Below, piece after piece: positions 45,832 through 54,332 of a stretch of 64,000 nucleotides of DNA. Origin of the DNA: Bacteroidales bacterium (lineage in GTDB: Bacteria > Bacteroidota > Bacteroidia > Bacteroidales > ML635J-15); NCBI GenBank assembly GCA_016937855.1, contig JAFGVU010000047.1:6265-70264 (forward strand), in the 5' to 3' direction. The notes beneath the pieces were generated by a model, which saw nothing but the letters and a program-made list of their open reading frames with translations, ran no database searches and was not told the DNA's origin. Position numbers and translations under genes: made by a program. The stretch's first letter is position 1. The number at the start of each line of letters is the position of its first letter.

Positions 45832-48702
45832 CTATTCGGCAACAAGTTCCAGTATTTGATCAACAGAAATATCTGATATTGGATTTTTATCATCTATCAT
45901 CTTCTCGAAAAGTTCGGTTTTTTCATTTTGTAGTTTAATGATTTTTTCTTCGATACTATCTTTGGTAATAAACTTATAAACAAAGACATTTTTTGTTTGT
46001 CCTATTCTATGTGCTCTGTCAAATGCTTGATTTTCAGCCGCCGGATTCCACCACGGATCAAGCATAAAAACATATTCAGCAGCTGTTAGATTCAACCCAA
46101 CCCCACCTGCTTTTAATGACAATAAAAAAACGTGATAATCAGGATTATTCTGAAAGATTTCTGTCTGTTTTTGCCTATCCTTTGTGCTCCCATCAAGATA
46201 GCAATACTTAATTTTATTTGAATCCAAATAGTTTTTATACAGTTTTAGATGTTCCACAAAGCTGCTGTATATCAACACTTTAGAGTCTTTAGAAACAATT
46301 TCGTTTATTTTTAGACACACAGAATTATATTTTCCCGAATCTCCCACAAAATCATGATCCACTAAAATTGGATGATTTGAAGCTTGTCGAAGCCGCATAA
46401 GCCCCTCGAGGAGAACGACTGAATTTAGTTTTCCATTTTTGCCAATATTATCGATAAATAAATCACGATACCTGTTTCTCAATTCACGATAAAACGATTG
46501 CTGCTCGGGAAGCATATCGGAGTATTCTAACAAAATCGTTTTATCAGGCAAATCGTTTAAAACTTCACTCTTTTTACGACGTAATAAAAATGGGTTAACT
46601 AATTTATGATATAATTCGGGGTTTCCTTCTTGTTTAAATGATCTCACAAAATGATTATGCGATCCGAGCATTCCCTGATTCAAGAAATTCATTTGCGACC
46701 ACAAATCCGAAATAGAGTTTTCCAATGGAGTTCCGCTTAAACACAAATAGTTTTTTGCCTGCAATTCATAACAAGTTTGGGCAGTATCTGATTTTGGATT
46801 TTTGATATATTGCGACTCATCTAATATGCAATAGTCGAATAAATAATCAGAAAAAATAGACTTGTCACGTCTCAAGACTGAATATGTTGTAAGAATTATA
46901 TTGTATTTTTCGAAATGCATTGAAGAGTCAGACCTATTTATTCCTGTATGGTTCAACACTCTGACCCCTGAACAAAACTTGTTTATTTCATTCATCCAAT
47001 TGTGCACTAAACTTGTTGGTACAACAATAAGTATCTGCCCCCTACCTTCGTTTACCAGCCACTGAATAAAAGCTAGTGCTTGGATTGTTTTTCCAAGCCC
47101 CATATCATCGGCAAGGCAAACACCTAAATTTATATCGTCAACTACCCTAAGCCAATTATATCCGTATTTTTGATAATGTCTTAGTTCTGCTTTAAAATTG
47201 GCAGGAATTGGAAACTCGACAGGATTTTGCAAATTAAAAAACCTCCTGAGATTTTCTTTTACTTTAATATTTAAGCTATTTCTACTTTCGAGCTCCTGAG
47301 CAATTCGCAACAAATGTTTTCCTACAACAGGCTTACCATCAACAGTTTTAACAAACTTAAAAATTGTCAAATATTCCTGTAACCAAGATTCCGGGATTTG
47401 AGCCAGTTCACCATTTGGAAGCAAAAACGAAGTTTTGCCTTTTTGTATAAGGCTAAGAATTTGTAAGAATGGAATAACAAAATCTCCAAAAACGACTTTA
47501 GCTCTAATATCAAACCAATCATTGTTTTCGTCGAGTAATATTTCGATGTTTCTTTCTCCCAAGAAGAGCTTTTCTGGATCTCTACTTTTATTCAAATAAA
47601 CAATTTCGACTCCGAGAGAATTAATTTCGGCATGATTTTGCGACACCCATTCCAATCCGTCATAAAGAGGCATTCGCTTACTGCCAAATTCAAAATTAAC
47701 TCCTATTTTTTTTAAACTATCGACAATCAAGTTTTCGTTATGATAATCTCTGATAACATTTTCAATAACAAAGCCATTTTGAGTGGAATATTTGACCCCG
47801 CGACCTTGTTTTCCAAAGGTAAAGACAAAATCTTCGTAATAAAACTGCAAATCGAGAAGAGCATCTGAGGCATTTTCATCACTTGTGTCGAAAAGAGTTA
47901 ACTGTGTTTGCTGATTAACTTCTTTAACTTTCAGTTTTACTGCTGTCAACTTATCGACGACATTTATCTCAAAACCATTAGGTATTACTTTATTCGATTT
48001 AACAAGAGGTAAGATTATCTTTTCGACATAGTCTTTAAAGTGTTTTTCATCAACTACAATATGATCCTTAGTAAAAAAGGGGATTAATTTTGCGCCATCA
48101 ACTCCAGATTCAAATTCATAAATTCTATTTTTTATCAGAATTCTTGCTCTATTTCGTGACACCAATTCACCACCCATCAAACTTAACTCGCGTGAACCAA
48201 CATAAGCCTTTAAAACATACTGAAATTGATTCTCGGAGTAATTAAAATAATAAAATACTTCGGGAAGATCTTCAACAATTTTTATAACCGGCCACATAAA
48301 TGGAAAATTTCCTTCATTCAAATAAAGTCTCTTTTCTTTAATTCTGGTAAAGAATAGATTTTGCTTTTCCGAAATAAAATTAGCTATATAATCACGTAAT
48401 CCAATAGTTTTAACACTTGCATTACGCGTCATGAAAAATGAATTATAAAAAGTTTCCCAATCCTTAATCTTGGGTTCTTTAATGAGTGTTAGCAGGAACG
48501 ATTTTTCGAGTTTAAAACACACATCTATGAGCGCCTTATCATCCTCGTCAATAATCTCTGAATAGTTAGACAAATTTGTTTTAGACACTCTAACACAATT
48601 AACACCCGGCTTATTCGAATCGTCAAATTCAACAGCATAAGCCTCAGGAGAAAAACCAAATTTCTCGAAACGACTAATCAAATAAACAATTTCAGTTTTC
48701 AT
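45832..48702 (-). CDS. SNF2-family helicase/translocase with a long bacterial SNF2-associated N-terminal region
   Basis: Motif I DDMGLGKTIQ, motif II ILDESQYIKN, and helicase-C motif QAFDRAHRIGQTKNVFVYKFI. Confidence 0.9.
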   Translation of the reverse strand: MKTEIVYLISRFEKFGFSPEAYAVEFDDSNKPGVNCVRVSKTNLSNYSEIIDEDDKALIDVCFKLEKSFLLTLIKEPKIKDWETFYNSFFMTRNASVKTIGLRDYIANFISEKQNLFFTRIKEKRLYLNEGNFPFMWPVIKIVEDLPEVFYYFNYSENQFQYVLKAYVGSRELSLMGGELVSRNRARILIKNRIYEFESGVDGAKLIPFFTKDHIVVDEKHFKDYVEKIILPLVKSNKVIPNGFEINVVDKLTAVKLKVKEVNQQTQLTLFDTSDENASDALLDLQFYYEDFVFTFGKQGRGVKYSTQNGFVIENVIRDYHNENLIVDSLKKIGVNFEFGSKRMPLYDGLEWVSQNHAEINSLGVEIVYLNKSRDPEKLFLGERNIEILLDENNDWFDIRAKVVFGDFVIPFLQILSLIQKGKTSFLLPNGELAQIPESWLQEYLTIFKFVKTVDGKPVVGKHLLRIAQELESRNSLNIKVKENLRRFFNLQNPVEFPIPANFKAELRHYQKYGYNWLRVVDDINLGVCLADDMGLGKTIQALAFIQWLVNEGRGQILIVVPTSLVHNWMNEINKFCSGVRVLNHTGINRSDSSMHFEKYNIILTTYSVLRRDKSIFSDYLFDYCILDESQYIKNPKSDTAQTCYELQAKNYLCLSGTPLENSISDLWSQMNFLNQGMLGSHNHFVRSFKQEGNPELYHKLVNPFLLRRKKSEVLNDLPDKTILLEYSDMLPEQQSFYRELRNRYRDLFIDNIGKNGKLNSVVLLEGLMRLRQASNHPILVDHDFVGDSGKYNSVCLKINEIVSKDSKVLIYSSFVEHLKLYKNYLDSNKIKYCYLDGSTKDRQKQTEIFQNNPDYHVFLLSLKAGGVGLNLTAAEYVFMLDPWWNPAAENQAFDRAHRIGQTKNVFVYKFITKDSIEEKIIKLQNEKTELFEKMIDDKNPISDISVDQILELVAE

Positions 48703-48787
48703 TAAAGTAAAAATATTATACCGGCAAAAATAATAAATTGGTGTAAACTGAACATAATTAAATATAGGTCAACATCGTACTTTTTAC

Positions 48788-48795
48788 TATTTTTG
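48788..48795 (+). promoter_or_regulatory. Candidate -7 box for the nucleoid-associated protein gene
   Basis: TATTTTTG lies 20 nt upstream of the ATG at 48816. Confidence 0.3.
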
Positions 48796-48815
48796 CAAAT
48801 AAAACAAAAATAAAC

Positions 48816-49862
48816 ATGAAAATACAACATAACGCAGCATTTACGGAATCGCTTGCAATTCACTTTGTTGGAAACAAAAACAACGATGAGAATTTAATCA
48901 TGTCGAAAAGAGAAACAAGTTTTTCAGACGAAATGGGCTTATTACTTAAAGAATACCTTTTTTCTGCCTTTAAACTAGATGAGTTATATCATTTTTATCA
49001 CGAATCGGAACTAGAGCTAAACGAAGTATTTACTTATGTTAGCAAAATCTTTGATAATAACGATGAGCTTTTTGAACAAAGCAGAAATTTAGCGATGCAC
49101 TTATTTCGTCAGACAATGCATCCAAAAATCAAAGCCGGAGAATTTTACACTATTCTGTTTAGAGATTGTGAAATAAACGGTGAAAGTGTTGACGCAATCG
49201 GACTTTTTAAAACAGAAAATAAGGATACCTACTTTAAAGTTCGCGAAGAAAACGATAGTTTTGTGTTGGATAATGAACCAGGGATAAACCTAAAAAAACC
49301 TGATAAAGGCTGCCTGATTTTCAACACTCAAAAAGATGATGGCTACATAGTTGCAATAGTTGACAATACAAGTAAAACAAATGAAGCAATCTATTGGGTT
49401 GACGATTTTTTATGCGTGCAAAATCTCAAAAACGAGTATTTTCAGACAAAAAATGTAATGACATTTTGCAAAAACTATGTTAGTGAGAAACTTCCGGAAA
49501 AGTATGAAATATCTAAAGCTGATCAGGCAGATTTGCTAAATAAAAGCATGAAGTTTTTTAAAGAAAGTGAGATTTTTGATGTTAATCTTTTTGCCGATGA
49601 AGTAATTCAGACTCCTGACATTATAGAAGACTTTAAATCCTACAAAAGCGATTTTGAGACAGAAAATGCAGTAGATTTAGAACAAAGTTTTGAGATTTCG
49701 GGACAAGCCGTAAAAAGTCAGGCACGTTTTTTCAAAAGCATAATAAAACTTGACAAAAATTTTCACATTTATGTTCATGGTAAGCGCGATTACATTGAGA
49801 AAGGTTTTGATTCAACGAATGGACTCAATTATTATAAGTTGTTTTTTGAGAATGAGGAGTAG
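48816..49862 (+). CDS. Probable NA37/YejK-type nucleoid-associated protein
   Basis: Length of about 348 aa and the N-terminal LAIHFVGNKNNDE pattern are typical of the family as I remember it. Unverified. Confidence 0.5.
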   Translation: MKIQHNAAFTESLAIHFVGNKNNDENLIMSKRETSFSDEMGLLLKEYLFSAFKLDELYHFYHESELELNEVFTYVSKIFDNNDELFEQSRNLAMHLFRQTMHPKIKAGEFYTILFRDCEINGESVDAIGLFKTENKDTYFKVREENDSFVLDNEPGINLKKPDKGCLIFNTQKDDGYIVAIVDNTSKTNEAIYWVDDFLCVQNLKNEYFQTKNVMTFCKNYVSEKLPEKYEISKADQADLLNKSMKFFKESEIFDVNLFADEVIQTPDIIEDFKSYKSDFETENAVDLEQSFEISGQAVKSQARFFKSIIKLDKNFHIYVHGKRDYIEKGFDSTNGLNYYKLFFENEE

Positions 49863-50011
49863 GTTTTGCAAATAGCACATAAAATTACTTGATTAAACCT
49901 GCATTATGCATTAGCAAATCTATTACGATTGCAAATCTCTTTATAATTAATAAATATCTCGAAGAACAGAGATATGGAAATAGTATTATTCAGGCTGCTA
50001 CACCTCTAGAA

Positions 50012-53000
50012 TTATCTTACAATTAACTTATGGTAAAGACTTTCACTCTCAGTATTAATTTTTAAGAAATAGACCCCTGGAGAATAGTTTCGAATATCTA
50101 TTTTGCTTGTTTTCGCATTTTGATATTTTCTCTGAATCAACTCGCCGAGAGAATTGTAAACTTCGATACTTAAGATAAAATCATCAGCCAAGATATTAAC
50201 AACTTCGCTTGCAGGATTAGGGAATACTGAAATTACTATTGATTCTATATTTTCTACTCCAACAGAATTCATAACTGTTAAAGAAATAGGAATAACGACA
50301 GTATCTGCTGAGGCAAACACATGTAAATTGCAATTGTACTCTCCCTGTGTTAAACCATGTGTGTCAAATTCCAAAACAATTTCATCTTCCTGTCCAATAC
50401 CGAGATTACCGCTTGATGGATTTGTGCTAAGCCAATTTATTTTGGGTCCATAATTCATAAACATCAAAGAATCGCTTACATTATGCGGTTCTGCACCATA
50501 TACTTCACCATGTAAAGTATAAGCAATTTTTAGATGACCTTCAAAATCTTCTACTATTCTGGCATAAACAGTGGCAGTTGCGGTTTCATTAACATGAATA
50601 ACTCCCCAACTGTCGGGTTGTTCACCAAACCAATGAAATGTTCCACCATTACCGGCAACTCCAGCATCTAGTAATAAAGTATCTTCGGATTGATCATAAA
50701 AATCGGTTAGCGAATCAATTATAAAACCCTGTGGGAAAACCATAGTAATCTCTTTTATGTACTCAGAATCAGGAGAAGTGTTAAGGACTGAAAAATCCCA
50801 AGCCACAGTATCGCCGACATAAAAGCTAACACCCGTACTTGACATATATGATCCAACAATACTTCGCGAGCCTCTTAACCAAGGAACATCAGCCACAATT
50901 TCTAATTCATAGTTTATTATTCCACCTCCCATATTTGAAATTGTAATAGTTTCTGTTGATATCTCATCTGGATACATAGTCTTAATAACTTCATCAACAC
51001 TAATTACTAAAAATGGTTCTGCATCGTAAATAGATGGAAACTCAATTAGATCAACCCAAGCGCAATCATCATTAGAATCAACACTTCCATCTTTATGATA
51101 TACCCATTTAAAATTATGTACACCAGCAGAAACATTATATGACTCTTGTCCCCATTCAACAATACCATCCCATCTTTCCTGCTCCATACCATCAATATAA
51201 AATGCCAAATAATCCCAATTGTTGTTATTTGCATCATCTTCGCAAGAAACTTTTCGATAAAAACTAATTGTGCCGGGAGCAATTACCTGCAACTCAATTT
51301 CCAACTCAGAATTTTGATTATGAGTAATTGCACCCGATTTTAGACAATTAGCTCCCTCAAAGGGTTCAACATCGGAAATAAACCATGGCAAATCTCCGCC
51401 ATTTGTCCAATTATAGGATTCAAAATCTCCCGTTTCCCAATCTTCGAGTATTTGCCCTATACTAACGTACCCAATAATATCCTTTTCGTATCCGTTGGCG
51501 CCGGTAATATTAAAATTTAGAATTGCAACATGTCCCGGCAAACAAGCAGGATCAGCAGTAAAATTGTATCCCGCTTCATAAGACAATCCTGATTCCACCA
51601 GCCCAATATTTGCCATGTTTTGATTTATTGTTAAAAATGGATCGCTAGAACTAACAGTAATTATAACATCCTCCGTAAAAGTTCCGCCGATATTTTCGAA
51701 AATAAAATCTATATCACTAGTTTCTCCAATATCAAGTCGATTATTATCAGAATCATCAACAAAATACTCAACCAACTGAATATCAGCCGTATAAACAGGA
51801 TAGATTATGTCAAACTCCCAAGCTCCCTGATCGCTGGTAGCAGTTAAATGAAGGGTTATTTCCTGTTCATCATAAAAATTAAAATTAAGATTAAACCCAA
51901 AAGCAGCATTACTTGTAAGTTCCTGCAATGGACTAAGAGTACCAATAGGTTCGCTGCCATCAATAATCGTAATATCAGCATTTTCACATGATAAATAAAC
52001 ATGAAGATTGGTTATTGCTGTTTCAGTAGCATTTCGCAAATCTATATTCATATCAACACTTTCGCCCCACTCAATAATATCGTTGTTAGGTGTTGTGATT
52101 GAGTAATCGATAATCAGGCCTTCTGTAGAAATGGGAATTGTTTTGCGGTCAATCATTCCTTTTGCGTCGGTAACTTTAAAATTTAAGGGATATACCAAAA
52201 TCTCTTCTGTTGGCATTCCTGTTAGAGTACCGTCTTCTGATAAGGTGAAAATTTCAGGAATACTCATTGGTTCGAACTTATATCCAACAGATGAAATATT
52301 TTCAACTCCACCACTTTGAGGTGTTAAACTATAATTTGAAAGATTACCCAGAGAAAAACCTGAAGTCCAAACCTGATTTGGCAGTGGCTGACAATCGTTA
52401 TAATAAATAGAAATAATACCGGAGCTTTCAATTTTGAGAGATACATCAATTCCAGTTGCTACCCATCGAATTATATAATAATCTGCATTGCTGACATAAT
52501 ATGTATCACATGTAGTATTTGATAAAAATGCAGCTATACATTTTCGATGCATGAAACTAACAGAATTATTGCTCCATTCATTATTGTTATATGGTATAGA
52601 ATAGGATTCTCCCGAGAAATCAATATATCCCTTATTACTAAGGTAAAATCCTGAGTATGTTTCGTCATAAAACGGAAAATCGAAAGGTAAATCGATATAT
52701 GTTCCTGTTAAGCTTGTTGTAGCATTTGTTAATGGAGCAATTATCTCACTCATTTGGTAATCGACATCAAACTCCCAACGATAAGGTGCTGTTCCTCCTG
52801 TCGCTTGCATTTGATGTGAATATGGATGATATACATTTGCGTTTGGAAGAACATCTGTAGCAATTTCGGGGGTATTGAAAACAGGAGTATGTTCTACACT
52901 TAAAGTTGTAACTCCATTTTGAACTATTTCCTGATTAGTTTGAGTCGATATATACTCAACAGGACTACCTGATGAATAATCAATCACAGAAAAGTCAATA

Positions 53001-54283
53001 ACTTCGCCACTACCCCAGCCGTCATCATCGTTTTCTAGCACCTGAAAAAAGAATTTAGCTGGTGTTCCTGACTCTAAAATATTTAAAAATGGAGTAACAT
53101 CAAGACCAAATTCAATATACCTTAATGCATCATCACTTCCGCCCTGCATAGCCTGATCTGCACCCTGAAAATCAAAAATGGGAAAACTCATATAGTTATC
53201 AGGTTCTGTTGCAGAAAGATTTGTACTAAACCCTGCCATTACTTTTATTCTTTGACGATTAGTATAATACAAATTGACTTTATATGTAAGTAATGGCGAA
53301 TAATCCTTTATCGGAAATAGCACATTTGCTGTATTATTCCAGATTCCGCCCTGATTTGATGCTAAGGCTAAGGTTCGGTACATCATCCATCCATTGTATG
53401 GACTACCATAAGTATTATTCATTTTGAAGCCTCCGATTTCCCAATCTCTAACATCAATTATACCGTCATTATTCAAATCTATATCATTTGTGTACTGACC
53501 ATCACCGTTATAGTCCCATCGAATAGAATCGTTATAGCCAGTTATTGTCATGGCGTGATTTGGCGAGGTTCCCCATGCTGTTACAACTTTTTCGCCGGCA
53601 TGTTCAGTACCTGTTGGCAAGGTTGTCGATGGATTCTGGTGCTGTGAATAAAAAAATGCAATTCCACCAATATCGGAACCATCGAGATGATCGTTTAACC
53701 AATGCTTGAGAGTTAAAATTCCTACTTCGTCTGAACAATTTATTGCATAAGCCTTACTTATACGATTATGCATCGCATCATAATATAAATCGTATCCGGT
53801 CATAAAACGGCTTGAGCCACCAAAATCATGAGTTCCACCATAAGTTTCCATATTTGGATTGCCAACCATTTTCAAAACGGTTAAGCTATGATAATAGCTG
53901 GCTCCATGATAACCATATCCCCCATTTTCCCAATTCCAGGTGAAGTGTGTTGGATATTTATTCTCAGTCAAGCTACCATCAAGGTCTCTGACGCGATTCA
54001 TCTCATAAGTAAAGCCATTACCAACACTTGCAGCCTGTCCACAACTCAAACCCGACTGCAAAAACAAACCGGAATAGCATTGCTGAGTCGTATTGTCAAT
54101 CTCGTATGGAATTGACTTGTTTCTATAATGCGAAGGCATTTTTAACTCAGGAAGGCTCGCTAACTCAACTTGTTGTTTACTACTAAGAGATGTTAACTCA
54201 GGCTGATTAGTATTATTATCCTTTTGAGAAAACAAAGAGAATCCACTAATCATCAAAACCAAAACAAAGAATAAACTTTTCAT
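50012..54283 (-). CDS. Large T9SS type-A-CTD protein with an N-terminal papain-fold (clan CA, C1/C10-like) cysteine peptidase domain
   Basis: Putative catalytic Cys in LQSGLSCGQAASVG and His in NHAMTITGYND. A Ca-loop insert YNGDGQYTNDIDLNNDGIIDVRDWE follows, then NNTYGSPYNGWMMY. The CTD reads VFPNPASEVVNIL...GVYFLKI...KLIVR. I prefer the ATG at 54283 (MKSLFFVLVLMISGFSLFSQ). Confidence 0.8.
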   Translation of the reverse strand: MKSLFFVLVLMISGFSLFSQKDNNTNQPELTSLSSKQQVELASLPELKMPSHYRNKSIPYEIDNTTQQCYSGLFLQSGLSCGQAASVGNGFTYEMNRVRDLDGSLTENKYPTHFTWNWENGGYGYHGASYYHSLTVLKMVGNPNMETYGGTHDFGGSSRFMTGYDLYYDAMHNRISKAYAINCSDEVGILTLKHWLNDHLDGSDIGGIAFFYSQHQNPSTTLPTGTEHAGEKVVTAWGTSPNHAMTITGYNDSIRWDYNGDGQYTNDIDLNNDGIIDVRDWEIGGFKMNNTYGSPYNGWMMYRTLALASNQGGIWNNTANVLFPIKDYSPLLTYKVNLYYTNRQRIKVMAGFSTNLSATEPDNYMSFPIFDFQGADQAMQGGSDDALRYIEFGLDVTPFLNILESGTPAKFFFQVLENDDDGWGSGEVIDFSVIDYSSGSPVEYISTQTNQEIVQNGVTTLSVEHTPVFNTPEIATDVLPNANVYHPYSHQMQATGGTAPYRWEFDVDYQMSEIIAPLTNATTSLTGTYIDLPFDFPFYDETYSGFYLSNKGYIDFSGESYSIPYNNNEWSNNSVSFMHRKCIAAFLSNTTCDTYYVSNADYYIIRWVATGIDVSLKIESSGIISIYYNDCQPLPNQVWTSGFSLGNLSNYSLTPQSGGVENISSVGYKFEPMSIPEIFTLSEDGTLTGMPTEEILVYPLNFKVTDAKGMIDRKTIPISTEGLIIDYSITTPNNDIIEWGESVDMNIDLRNATETAITNLHVYLSCENADITIIDGSEPIGTLSPLQELTSNAAFGFNLNFNFYDEQEITLHLTATSDQGAWEFDIIYPVYTADIQLVEYFVDDSDNNRLDIGETSDIDFIFENIGGTFTEDVIITVSSSDPFLTINQNMANIGLVESGLSYEAGYNFTADPACLPGHVAILNFNITGANGYEKDIIGYVSIGQILEDWETGDFESYNWTNGGDLPWFISDVEPFEGANCLKSGAITHNQNSELEIELQVIAPGTISFYRKVSCEDDANNNNWDYLAFYIDGMEQERWDGIVEWGQESYNVSAGVHNFKWVYHKDGSVDSNDDCAWVDLIEFPSIYDAEPFLVISVDEVIKTMYPDEISTETITISNMGGGIINYELEIVADVPWLRGSRSIVGSYMSSTGVSFYVGDTVAWDFSVLNTSPDSEYIKEITMVFPQGFIIDSLTDFYDQSEDTLLLDAGVAGNGGTFHWFGEQPDSWGVIHVNETATATVYARIVEDFEGHLKIAYTLHGEVYGAEPHNVSDSLMFMNYGPKINWLSTNPSSGNLGIGQEDEIVLEFDTHGLTQGEYNCNLHVFASADTVVIPISLTVMNSVGVENIESIVISVFPNPASEVVNILADDFILSIEVYNSLGELIQRKYQNAKTSKIDIRNYSPGVYFLKINTESESLYHKLIVR

Positions 54284-54305
54284 CAATAAACTATTTTTTA
54301 AAACA

Positions 54306-54327
54306 AAATTTTTGAGTTTCTCGAAAA
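54306..54327 (-). promoter_or_regulatory. Conserved 22-nt upstream motif shared with the paralogous peptidase gene
   Basis: AAATTTTTGAGTTTCTCGAAAA (plus strand) is identical at 56927..56948. It lies 23-44 nt upstream of the ATG at 54283. On the minus strand it contains AAAnTTTG-like -7 sequence and an imperfect palindrome TTTTGAG-TTT-CTCGAAAA. Confidence 0.4.
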
Positions 54328-54332
54328 AATAT

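Noticed and set aside
45832-48702. The SNF2 helicase as the core of a phage-defence system (DISARM, BREX or Zorya-like).
   Set aside because: No methyltransferase, PLD or other nuclease, DUF1998 or other partner gene is adjacent. The neighbours are pbpC and a nucleoid protein. The long N-terminal region looks like the common bacterial SNF2-associated domain.
49954-49975. Hairpin ATATCTC-(8 nt)-GAGATAT between the convergent NA37-like and peptidase genes, considered as a terminator.
   Set aside because: The stem is AT-rich and 7 bp long, and no U-tract follows on either strand. That is too weak to call.
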